From Oculina patagonica (lineage: Eukaryota), in the NCBI RefSeq assembly GCF_052425735.1, contig NC_135761.1, forward strand, positions 33,418,338 to 33,482,000: DNA of 63,663 nucleotides, written 5' to 3'. The translations under genes and the position numbers were made by a program. The notes beneath the pieces were generated by a model. The model worked only from the letters and a program-made list of their open reading frames with translations. It was not told where the DNA came from and did no database searches. Of this stretch, positions 11,991 to 24,071 are shown piece by piece (positions within the stretch are counted from its first letter, which is position 1; the number at the start of each line of letters is the position of its first letter).

Positions 11991-14619
11991 GATCCCCAAA
12001 GTAGCGAACTTTCAATACCGCCCTAAGGTGGGATGCACTGGTATCGAGAAGGAAGTACTATGTGCCCTCGCCAAATTTTCTATGACATATAGATAGACTC
12101 CAGAAGTGCTGGAACTTAACGGTCATCCACACGTCGAAAACAAGTGAAAATTGCCCAAAACGAGTAGGTTTTTTGTTTGGCCACTAGTCCTCTGGACGAG
12201 TAAAGTTACAGTTCTCCGATAAATAATTGCTTTTGTATGTACTAAAAAGGACTAAAAGTGTCGAAGCAAAGGAAGAATTTCTGCGAAAACGAATGTTTCG
12301 AAACGAGGAGCAAAAAATGCTGTGCGTTCTCTTGGCAGGTAAAAGTCTGGCTTCTTCTCGAAATGAAATGCATCGTGGGATGCAATATGGCGACTTTTCG
12401 TGTTTGCTTAGATCTTGGTCGCATCTATATTTTCTTCCAAAATACGATTTGTGGAAATGTCCAAACGAAAACAAGTTCAAAGGTCTACTTCTGGGGCTTT
12501 GTTTTTCAGGAGGTGGTCGATCTCATAGCTGAGACCAACAAGAGCTCCAAGGGCACTTGAAGCACAACTAAACACTTCTTCAGATCGTAATTCTGCCCTT
12601 TTTTGTGCTTCTACACCTTTTTCAGATTCTCCGCCCCTTGAGGAATGGAACTAGAACTAAGCGGCCAAACACTCTGAATGAAGAAAAAAAATTGGAAAGA
12701 AATCAAAATCAATGAAATGTCGGTGTAAAATAATTCAAGTAAAACCTCCTTTTTTGATGGTATTGTTTTGTGGAAATATTGAAATGGAACTATTTGAGAT
12801 GTGTTAAGACATAAACTTCCCCTAAAAAAACCATAAAATTTCCAAATGTATACAAATTATACCCTTCTCTACGTGCTTTAGCCCACACAGAATGGGAAGT
12901 GAACAGAATCCATAAAAATCAAGAATCGCCTCATAATGCAGTCCCATTATCATTCCACCTAAAATGAGAACAGCTTTTTACATCAAAAAGGGTTGACACT
13001 CTAGCTGTTAAAAAGTGGTTAATGACATATCTGTATCCAAAGACTTCCAACACTTACATATTCGGTAACAACCCATGTCATTTGATTTATTTGTTAAACA
13101 ATTACAAACGCAGTTTAAAATAAAATTTATTTTCTTAATACTTTTTCAGCATTTGTTTACAATTTATACTGGCATTAAATTATCCGTCGAAGCACGCTCA
13201 ATGGAACAGTCTTAAAACAGGGATGTTGTTATTGTCTTCATCAGAAGTATCACTCCCAACTTCCTGCAAAAAAACATTTTAACTAGATTCAGTCTTTCCT
13301 TGATTCCGAGTCCTTGCTTGTTTTAGAGCTGCTGAAGGTGGAGCCACATGGATCTTTGACTGTGGATACTCTGTATAGGGCTGATAATTTAATGTGAGCT
13401 GACACTAAGTCAAGCTTGTTTTGTTTTGGTCAATGTCTTCTCCTTTGTCAGATTGTGGTGTTAAATGTAAAGGTTTAAGATAAAAACCCTTTGGTGTTTT
13501 TAACAAATCCTTGCAAAGGAGTTTCTCCCACTCCACATCCTCACACGCAAAGTTTTTTTCTTCCTTTTTCTTATTCTCTCTTTTCTTTCATCATGTGAAG
13601 GTGTGCAATGTGATGCAAGTTCTTCAATACCAGGTCTTGGATCCACTGCATACTTCTCTGAAATGCTCGAATGCTTCCTTCTTCATCTGGTAAAATTACA
13701 CCTGTAGGTTGGCAGACAAGCCAAACAGGGTGAGTGATCCGTGATCTATAATCGCCCAATGGTTTGTACACTCGCCTGCTTGAGTTAAGGCATAAGTCGA
13801 GCTTTCTAGACATTCCAGCAATGTGCGACAGTATAAAAGGCTGCCTGTTGACTTCAAGCAATTGTTGAAGGACTTTGCTCAATCTCATGGTTGTGTAACT
13901 GGCAACGGTAAATACGACCTACCAACATCACAGGATCAGGCCGTAAAGGCAACAAGGATTGTTTCTTGCACTGGGCCATTCCATTTAATATCCACACCCC
14001 GCTATGGATGATATACTTTTTTGCTTAAGAGCAAAGATCCACTGAGACCGAGCGAAAACAAAAATAAGTGACACAAAATATCAAAATCAGAATTCTTGAT
14101 ATGCCGCCCACAGAAAGCCTATGGTAGGCCTAGAAACGTGGTGGGATTTTTTTCTTCAAATTTTTCTCCAACCAGTCAAAAACTTACAAAACTGTTATGA
14201 ACCCCAGTGCCTTCTAAAACACAAAATAAACATGACTCATACCGTGTCATACACTTTGCACTGGCACATTCGCATTAAATGAAACCACCGTTTTTGAGCC
14301 TAGAAATGTACTATTGAAGTGTTTATAAGTCATGTGAGTCCAATTTTTCCTCTCTAAGTTAATTCTGAAGGTCAGGTCGAGCCGCTAAAAATCACTAAAA
14401 TTTGGTTGCTCAAAATTCTTAACTTGGCGCTCTTTTTCGAGAGAGAATTTCTCTACCCGGTAAAACTCTAAATTTCTTGAATTTCAGATATTTTGAAAGG
14501 GGAAATGCCGTTCTAAAACGTAGTGTAAAAATATATGTCGGACTGAGTGCGAACGCTCTCAAAATACTTATAATTACACAATTACCTGTCACTGAAACGT
14601 AAACAATACCCACATTCTT

Positions 14620-17340
14620 CCGACCAGACAGTCCAAAATGTCTTCTTCTGCGTCTTTCCTCTGTTTCCTACTCGTATTTAGATGTAATCTACAGCAGAAG
14701 CTCCCTGTTAAGATAATCATGAACGCTATATCTGCCAAATATCGAGTATAAAGCGAATTTCGAATCCTATCACCATCTTTGAATAGTCTTCAAGGCCTTC
14801 AAGCGTGCCGTCGAGTCGACAACTTCAGTACATCTCCGTATTGACATTCGACCACTCTCAGGTCTGCCAGTTATATTCCCATCTCTTGTTAAACAACCAT
14901 CGAATAAATGTACCCTTCTTGTATCAACCCTTTGCTTTCTTCGTCTTTTCGAAGTTTACTTTTCCTGAGAAAAGAATCGAGTTCTTCGTCATCGTTCAAC
15001 ACGAAATTCTCTTCTTCACCAATTCCCCGTTGAACAGTTTGTGGATTTCCCCCATATTTGGTATGCAATATGGATTGCTTCACTTTTTCAGCCATGTGCT
15101 GCATGTTTTTGTGATGCCTGGTGTCGCCAATGTTGTATTTATCGTACACTCCTGTACTGGAAAACTCTACCGGATTACGCTTGCTGTGATATTCAGCAAA
15201 GGACTTCTGTGTCACAGACTTTAGTCGCAGTAGTCTTGCTAAACGAACCAACCACATTTTCACAAGAGGGCTTGCGGGGGCCTCTGAAGGTCCATTGTCA
15301 ACAATAAATACAAAATGTTCTTTAAGCTTTCCAGTAACAGGGTTTCGAAACAGACGGTCCAGAGCAGGATTATTCAGCAGAATACTAGGTGGACGGTCTC
15401 TGGTTCGAAATATGACAAGTTAAAGAGTATGGCTGCTCTTCCTGTCCTTCGAACGCTGGAAAAGAGGTCACTGCCCTCTTCTACCAAAATGGTCTCGGTT
15501 TTCAAGAACAGATGTATCATAGGAGTAACAGCGTTATGAGCTAATCTGTTTCAATAGTGATCTGGTAGGACAATCTTGCGCCATGTTTTTTCCAGGTTTC
15601 TTGAACAAGAGATACATCAGCATGGATTTTTGCTTTTGCATCCTTGGAATCAACCACTATGTTGTCAGGGTGTGAATGAGACAAATCTAGTGTGAGATTG
15701 ATATTCTGCGTAGACCAATGAAGATTAATCACGAATTGTTCCACACCTATATGTTGGGGTTTGTGGAGAGATAAACTTACCTGAATGGTGTCTGTTGGCT
15801 TGGTAAGTCCCTTCTCGGTAGTTCTGAGTGTAATTGAAACACAACGACAGGCTTATGCTGAATCCCTCAGGGGCCAGGGCTAAGCTATTTTCTCTTGCTT
15901 GCCTCATAACAGTATTGCTGTCAGCAGCCTGATAGAGCACAGTGCCTGTTAGTCTAGGGTGGCTTTCTAAGCCACCTCCCGCCCTGTCTACTGTATCACC
16001 TTCACCAATTGAATACTAAAGTACCAGCAATGTCTGGAAATTGCTCACATTTCAGTTTTCGCCCCCTTCCCTTGTGGATGTTACAAAGCTTTTCAAGTTT
16101 CATATGTTCAAGACTACAATTATTCTTCTTTCTTTCTGCATCACTAGTTGATTCTGAATTGGACATTATTTGGTTTTTCGTTTCCTCAAAAAGTTTCGAC
16201 GAGGCAGCAAAGTTAATAATAATAATAATAATAATCATTTCTATAGCGCTATTTAGCTAATCTTTCATAGCGCTTTACAATCACTATGCTAAAAAATAAA
16301 AATAAAATATAAAAATACCTAACTAAATTAATCTATTGAGCTAAAATATCTATACATGCAGAGAGTGAAGTTTTAAAAGTTAAAAATTTAAAAACTAAAA
16401 ATATCATGATTATTTAACTGGACTTAAAGTAAACATATAAGAAATAAAAATTAAATGTCATAGGCTTCTTTAAAAAGATAAGTTTTTAGGTTCTTCTTAA
16501 AAATGTCTTCTGATGCCGATTTTCGGATGCTTAGTGGCAGGTTGTTCCACAGCCTTGGCGCAGCAGTGCTGAACGCCCGGTCTCCGTAGGTCTTGAGTTT
16601 AGCCATGGGCTCAGTTAGCAGTTCTTGGCCACTGGAACGTAGTGACCAAGAGAACTTTCTAAAACTTAGCATACTAGAAACATAGGATGGTGTTTTGTCG
16701 TTGAGTGCTTTGTAGACTATTAACAGTAGTTTAAAAATAATACGGAATTGTACAGGTAGCCAATGTAGCTTAAACATTATTGGGGTAATAGAATCATATT
16801 TCCTTGTTAACGTGACAATGCGAGCAGCTGTATTCTGAACACGCTGTAATTTACAAATTAACTTTTTCGGAATACCATACAGAATTGAGTTGCAATAGTC
16901 GAGCTTGAAACCAATAAAAGCGTGAATGAGAATTTCCGAATGAGAATTTCAAGTTCAACTTGTCAATAAGCACATCGATATTTTCGTTAAGTGTTCCTGT
17001 TGCAGAACCACGCACAAGTCCCGTTATCTCAGCACCATCCATTATTACGGCATTTCTATCTATCTTCTGTCCTCTGTTCCTCCCAATAGACAGTGTCCTT
17101 CACAATATCCTGCGTGTTCTGTCCCCTCTCGGCTCCTACGTCCTCAACAGTGTCTTTTATGTTTTTTATTTCCCGGATACAGCAACCTTCTCGGATTTTT
17201 TGGTAACCTTTTCCTGTTTCTTCTGGTCCTTTGGATTTGTAAGATGTGAAGAAAGAGTGAAATTTTGTAGCCTGGGTATGTTGACCTTTTTGCTTTCCTC
17301 TATGTTTCATTTCGGCTGCAGCCTCTTTTTGAGCTTTGGA
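14620..17340 (-). pseudogene. Zator/TP36-like DDE transposase relic interrupted by an L2/CR1 LINE
   Basis: DSKDAKAKI, FIVDNGPSE and FAEYHSKRNPVE (putative D, D, E); the frame reads KLN/FAASSK across the LINE insertion. Confidence 0.6.
16215..16950 (-). mobile_element. 5'-truncated L2/CR1-group LINE
   Basis: LHWLPV..RIIFK, YGDRAFS.AAPRLWNNLP; (TTA)n tail; TSD AAGTT at 16210-16214 and 16951-16955. Confidence 0.9.
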
Positions 17341-17454
17341 ACCGGTCAATACAAAATGCAGACTGGGTACAAAATGCAGACTGACATTTGACAAGTCCAA
17401 AATATTCGTTTTCAAGAAAGAAATGCAGACTGAGGCCAAAACAATGGTCATTAA

Positions 17455-17790
17455 AGGAGGCTCAAAAAAAGTTTATAAATATTCGACAATTTAAGGTGGC
17501 TCTGAAACTGCTCCAGAGAAATTTTTTATCGTTGCTAAAAGTTGTATTTTAACATGCTGATCATTATTCAATAATAAAAAATTGGGTCAATACTGCACTT
17601 AAAGAAAAAATTAAGGGTGTTTTTAACCGTTGCTATGGTAACCAGTGACATCATGGAAATGACGACAACTTAATGATTGGGCATTTGTTTGATACCATTT
17701 TTGTAGTTATTGTTTACTGATAAATGTTTGTAGCACTGACCCATTAAAGTATGAGAGCTGGAAAGTACTGAAAACTGTTTTGAGTCTCCT
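17455..17790. mobile_element. Kolobok-like MITE
   Basis: TTAA then AGGAGGCTCAAAA ... TTTTGAGTCTCCT; right TSD imperfect. Confidence 0.55.
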
Positions 17791-18024
17791 AATTAAAGGG
17801 TGAATTATTGCATTTTGTGTAGCAATTGTGTCACTCAAGTCATCATAATCTGATGTGATAAAACCACAACAAATGTAAACAAAGGGTCAATCACGGAATC
17901 TTGTCCTCGAAAGATTTCCCTGATTCGACTTTTGCTATCTTCCTGTTTTATTAATTAATAAGTATAGATAAAACACATTGCAAATGTGAGAAATTAAACT
18001 TTCTTTAATATATTTTCAAATATA

Positions 18025-18990
18025 ATTTGGCATGCCTGGTTCAAATACGGCTGCTTCCATAACAAGAACAATCAACATTCATTCTATTAGCCTGACATGT
18101 CCTATCTGGTTCAAATATGCTGATTTAATATAATAATTAACTGATAACAATCAACACTGCTGAGATTATTGTGTAAAGTTCACTCTATCAGCCTGGCATG
18201 TCTGATTCCAATATGTTGGTTCAATAATATTATAATAATTATAACAATCAACAAGTTCATTCCATCAGCCTGGCATGTCTGATTCAAATATGTTGATTTA
18301 AGACGGATTCCGCTGAAGGTTCGAGCAATGAGTGCGAAAATTAAGTACCAAAAACCTACTCACAGCACGGCAACATTTTGTATACTATTTTAAAGATCTT
18401 ATCGAAATTCATTTGTCTTAGTGACCCCGTAATTAAATTCTAAAGCATTCTCGAGAAAATTAAAGTAAAACCTCGTAAAAATGTTTAAAACGGGCGCCAT
18501 TTTGTTTTGAACTGGCGCGAAACGTCCGTTTTAACTGAAATATTGACAACTTCAAATCCATTTTTCTCTCGCGGGGTCAGCTTGAGTGCTAAATTTTTGG
18601 CAGGTTTTTGTAAGCTGTACTTAAACTGTTACCATGCTAAGAGGCCTTTTTGGTAACTTTATTTTTGCCTGTATTGCTCGAATGTTGGGCGGAAACCATC
18701 TTAATATAACAACCATAACATTCAACACTGCTGAGATTATTGTGTAAAGTTCACTCTATCAGCCTGGCATGTCTGATTCCAATGTTGGTTCAATATAATA
18801 ACCATAACAATCAACAACTTCATTCTATCAGCCTGGCATGTCTGATTCAAATATGTTGATTTAATATAACAAACAAAACAATCAACACTGCTATTATTGT
18901 CACAATAAGAGCAGTGTTGATTGTTATGGTTATTATATTAAATAATCACATTTGAATCAGACATGCCAGGCTGGTAGAATGAACTTTACA
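18025..18990. repeat. Degenerate minisatellite of ~60-85 bp units with a terminal inverted copy
   Basis: Recurrent AGCCTGGCATGTCTGATTC..ATAACAATCAACA; reverse-complement copy at ~18912-18990. Confidence 0.8.
18302..18700. mobile_element. Kolobok-like MITE inserted in the minisatellite
   Basis: TTAA TSD on both sides; imperfect ~50-bp TIRs GACGGATTCCGC / GCGGAAACCATC; empty site seen in a sister repeat unit near 18855. Confidence 0.8.
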
Positions 18991-19124
18991 CTGCAATGTG
19001 TAAAGCTTTCTGCTTACCAAGAACTGTAACTTTGGTCATTAAAGCTTTCCCTTTTTGATGGCAGCAGTATACCACATCTGACTTGGAAATCGAGCCTATA
19101 GACTTCCCTGTATTTCGAAAACTG

Positions 19125-19752
19125 TTAAGATATACTGTAAGGGAATATAATTACGTAGAATTCAACTTGCATTATGTATTTTTGTAGAATCTGATCAGCC
19201 TTTGACCATGTCTCCTCCAAGGTTTTGGGCAGACCACTGCAATCAAAGTCAGGTAAGATTTGACTTATTGAGGGTGCAGAAGAAGACAGATCTTCTTCAT
19301 ATTCTTTCGCACCACACTCATCAATAAGAGCAATTCGAGAAATTCTCTCCGTCTTTGACAGCTGATCCCAGTCTTCCTTAGAAACCTCCAGATGCTTGTA
19401 TGACGGTGCAAGTGTGTATGGGGAGTCACCAACAATTGCTTTGTGAACATTTCGTCGGTACTTTCCAACAAACTTATCAGTGATATCAGAGAATTCAGCA
19501 TATAAGCACTTCGAAGATTTCCCGGGACTTGCTGCTTTCTTCTGGTGATCAATCTCCTTCTTCATGCAGCTGTTCATGCTTTTCCGGCAGTTGTTGTAGT
19601 AAAAGTTGTCTTCAAGGCCAGCAGATCTTCTTACTGGAAGAAGCATCTTCTCTTTCATGTCTAGCGAAATGTTAGCAAGAAAGTAGTTATAAAACTGTGC
19701 CGTTTCTTTGCGGGTGGCTTTGATCTCTCTTTCATTCCAGGAGCTCTTCAGT
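19125..19752 (-). pseudogene. MULE-like transposase fragment
   Basis: FYNYF...GL...YYNNCRKSMN resembles the TNNxxESxN motif; truncated by the LINE. Confidence 0.45.
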
Positions 19753-22003
19753 GATTCATTAAAGGAAGATTTATTGGACAAAACATTCGGTTAATTAATG
19801 ATATTCTTGAGCAAACAAAGCTTCAGAACATTCCTGGTATATTATTACAGCTTCATTTTAGAAAGGCTTTTGACACAATTGAATGGGAGTTCATACAAAG
19901 AACAATTGCACTGTTTAATTTTGGGGAATCCACTCAACGTTGGATCTCCACCTTTTACTCCAATACAGAAAGTGCGGTTTTGAACAATGGCTTCTGCACA
20001 AATTATTTTTATCTCTCAAGAGGAGTAAGACAAGGCTGCCCTCTATCCCCATATCTGTTTGTTTTGGCAGTAGAATTGTTGGCGTGCAAGATCAGACAAG
20101 ATAAAGAAATACAAGGTATAAACGTTTTTGGTAAGGAGCTAAAATTAAGCCAGTTTGCTGATGATACCACCCTTCTTAACAGTAATTGTAACTCGGTAAA
20201 AAAGCAATCGCTGTATTAGATAACTTTGGCGATATCTCCGGTTTGAAATTGAACCTGTCTAAATCCAAAGCTCTGTGGCTGGGATCGTGGAGACATAGAA
20301 AAGACAAGCCCTTTGGATTTCAATGGCCTGAAAAACCAATCCGTGTGTTGGGTACTTTTGTTTCCTACAACGAGAAAGAAAACGAAAAATCCAATGTCAC
20401 GTTAAAACTGCAAAAATTAAGGACCATTCTTGATATTTGGAACTGCCGGAATCTAACACTATTTGGGAGATGTCTTACAACAAAAAGCCTGGGCATCTCG
20501 CAACTGGTGCATACAATCTCTAGCCTTGATGTTCCTCGGGATTACCTAGGGGAGGTAAATTCAACCATTTTTAAATTCATTTGGAAAAATAAAAAGGACA
20601 AACTTAAGCGTAAATTGATGATCTTAGATTATGATCATGGTGGTCTGAGGGCTCCTAGTATAGATGTCTTAGCAAAATCATTAAAGCCAGCTTGGATTTC
20701 CAGACTTCTAGACGATAATCCAACCCGCAGGGAATCTTGGAAGACAATTCCTAGCTATTTTTTTGAAAAATGCGGCGGTTTAAATTTTATATTACGATGC
20801 AACTACGACAAACACTTCCTTGAGAAGATCGATCTGCCCCAATTTTACAAATTAATTCTCTTGTATTTCCTGGAAATAAAAGAATCCTTATCAAACCAGT
20901 CCGGTCAGGAATTGATTTTATTCAACAACAAAGATATTCTAATCAACAGTCGCACCATTTTTTATAGAGACTGGTTTAATCGAAGCATTTATCTCGTGCA
21001 AGACCTTCTTAAATCAGATGGAAAATTCCTTTCTTACACAGAATTTGTTCAGAAATATGATCTTAGATGCAACTTTCTCATTTATTTTCAAGTAGTTTCT
21101 GCAATTCCCAGGCATCTTGTAGAATGTGCCATGTCATACCCCGTAGACAGAGCAGGTTTGCTGTCTAGCACTATGTTTCACCTCTCCCCAGAGACCTCCA
21201 TCAACTTAACCAAAATGAAAAACAAAGATTATTATCGGCTCCTCGTAAATAAAGAACAAATTGAACCGAAGGCTACCTCCAAATGGGAATGAGACTTGCA
21301 AGTTGGTCAAGCATCTCTACAACCTTTTTTTTAGTCGCGTAAGAAACGTATGTAGAGATAATAAGCTTAGGGAATTTTATTTCAAACTCTTACACAGAAT
21401 AGTAGTCACCAAAAAGGAATTATTTCTCTTTGGTGTGGCAGAGGACGCAAAGTGTCCATACTGTGAATTGAATGACTCCATAATTCACACTTTCTACAAC
21501 TGTAATTGGAGCCAATTATTCTTCGCAGAGGTTATAAAATGGTTTAATAAAGAAAATGTCACCTCTCTTACCCTCTCTCCAACTGAATTAATTTTTGGTA
21601 AGGACAAGGATAACATAAACAAAGAAATAGATATCATTAGAAAGTTAAACTTCACCTTTTTATATGCAAAATATTATGTATACAATCAGAAATTATTGAA
21701 TGGAAAGCTGTCATTAAATGAATTCTTAGCCAATGTAAAATTTAAATACATCTTCGAAAAATTTAATTCTAGTTAAAGCGAATTATTTGAAATAAGAGTG
21801 TACTGTAGGATAAGTTATAGCGGGTATTAATATTGATGATGTATTGATGTATTGTAATTTCTAATTTAAGATCTAGTGTGCTAATAACTATATTATACTT
21901 GAAAGTTTTTTTTCTTTTTTTCAATTATTGTATTTGTTTATTTTTACGTTATTCTGTGTGTATTTTTTTTTCTATTGAAATGAATAAAAAAAATTAAAAA
22001 AAA
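19753..22003 (+). mobile_element. 5'-truncated L1/Tx1-clade LINE (RT to CCHC end, poly-A)
   Basis: FIKGRFIGQNIR, KAFD, GVRQGCPLSP, QFADD, C-terminal CPYC..H..C; AATAAA and A tail at 21983-22003; frameshift near 20200 and stop near 21290. Confidence 0.95.
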
Positions 22004-22874
22004 GCTAATGCGGGTTAAAACATGGCTAAAATGGCTGTATATCATTGATAAACATGAATAATCAACCACAAATTATTACAGAAACAAGACGCGAAGCAAG
22101 AATTTTCAACAAGTTCCCCTTTATTTGTTCACTCATTCAACAAATCTCCTCACCCTTTAGTGATTGTGGGTGACAACAATGTTTTTTCCTCCGGTACCGG
22201 TTTGTCGATAATCTTGTGAGTTTTCTTCTGCAGAAAAAGAAAAAAAGTAAAGTAAAGTAGTGTACTTAGAATTTAAAAAAAAGTGAATAATTTGAAACAA
22301 AAGGCAATGAGCAGTCAAAGAACTGGATCTGTGATTTAAATCACATTTAAATCACACATAGGTTTGAGGTATCTTGGGTGTTTTTAACCAAGGTATGCAG
22401 TATTTTTTGCCGAAATATGGGTATTAAGTATTTTGTTCAGTTTCATGGGTTTTTGGTATTCTGTATATAAGCATAATGTTGGTGTTTCTTATTTTTAAAG
22501 TGTCTTATCCTCAGTGCTTATGTGACGTTTAAAACATCATAAAAGATCTGCAGTTCTTGCATGAATTAAATAATCCGCATGCGACCTCATGCTACGAGTG
22601 GTCATGAGTGGGGGGTTTGTCTTTGTCAAAATCTGTTAATTAGGGAAGGGCCATTATTTTTGTTTTGGAGGAGAAGATCAAAACTCCTGCGAAAGGTTAT
22701 TTGCAAATGCAAAAATGCTCAAATAATTTGTTTGTAGACATGAGAAAAAGAAAAAAAAAGTTTTACGACTAAAGATAGTGAGCCATTTATATACATCATG
22801 ACACGTGATCAACATAATTTTTTTATGCCCAGAATTCTGGAAATTGCATTTTCGATCTTCTAAATTATACATTT

Positions 22875-23230
22875 GTGGAAAATGAGTGGAAGGTTACCGA
22901 ATTAAAAAAATATTTACAATGCAGAGGCATAACTGTCTCGCAAAAGTTGGTAGAACTGGTACAGAAGGCCTGCGCCCTGTCCCTAGACCCAATAGGCGAG
23001 AAACCAGAGGATGTAAATATTGCCAGCAAGTTGAAGACAAAGGAAGGTTTGCTTCCCTTACGTATAGATGATATGATCATGAAGGCCTAAAGGCATGCAA
23101 ATTGTTCAAAGGCTACTGGCTGTTTTGGGATGGCCATGTCTTGAAATTGATGTACAACAAGAACTTATTTGATGGATACCACTACGTAAGATTTGGTGTA
23201 AAACCAACTGAACGAGAGAAAAAAAAGCAT
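22875..23230 (+). pseudogene. SAP-domain gene fragment (start of a SAP-SWIM-YqaJ type transposon accessory gene)
   Basis: WKVTELKKYLQCRGITVS..KLVELV (SAP); downstream FWDGHV and VKPTER in broken frames. Confidence 0.55.
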
Positions 23231-23316
23231 TGGACAAAGACCGACAAATGAAAAGTGTGGAAAGTTATTCCCTTGAGTTCTGGGTATTTTAGATAGTTTT
23301 TCTGTTTTTGTGTTCC

Positions 23317-23700
23317 TGGTCTTGCATCCGTTAGGTCAAGAACATCATCGCAAATGGGAGGTAATTTGTAGGAATCTATAAGCTGTAGTGGACCATCAAT
23401 AAGAATCACAGACGAGTGGCCATCGCTCTGCACCAGTTTTCTGCGGTCTTTTTACTTGTTCTTCCAGTGACTTGACAGCGTCACAAATCATATCTACCTT
23501 GTCAATTATCTCGCTACCTAATGCTTTGTCATGGTCAGGAGCTTTTGGCTTAAGTACTCGATTCCAAAGCAGTTTTGCTGAGTCTAAGTACTGAAATGCT
23601 TTAATCTGCAGTGCTCATACTCCCTGAATCTGCAGTTAGCATGCTTTGTTACACAATTAACATCATTCTTCACGGTTGTGTCTATCAATAAAAAAATATA
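23317..23700 (-). pseudogene. Second partial copy of the 2521-3066 transposase-like relic
   Basis: Nucleotide match to ~2695-3080; LQLIDSYKLPPICDDVLDLTDA. Confidence 0.8.
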
Positions 23701-24071
23701 AAAATCAAACATATTTAAAAATGGAATTCATCACAACAGTTTGTGTACTAAAAGTCCTGTGTCAAGGGAGTGTGACGGTACTACTTGGTAGTTCTCTTTT
23801 TTTTTAATGACTTCTTAAGTGTAATACTCCATAATTTTCGAGCTTTTTTAAAAGTTTGTGGCCACTGTACCTCACCGATTTCGCTGAAATTTGGCATGCA
23901 GTATTGTTTTAGGGTCCTAACTACCAAATGGATATTAAAAAGTTTCAATTCTTTTTATTTTGGAAAATATCGAGAAGGCCGATTTAAAGCATCCGCGACG
24001 GCCCGCCAACATGGCGGATCGAACGTGTTCTTGTTAATTCGACACTGAACCTGCCGTCACAGTTTCTCGAT

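Noticed and set aside
13180-14010. Possible coding relic on the minus strand (PFILSHIAG)
   Set aside because: Looks protein-like but is too fragmented for me to assign
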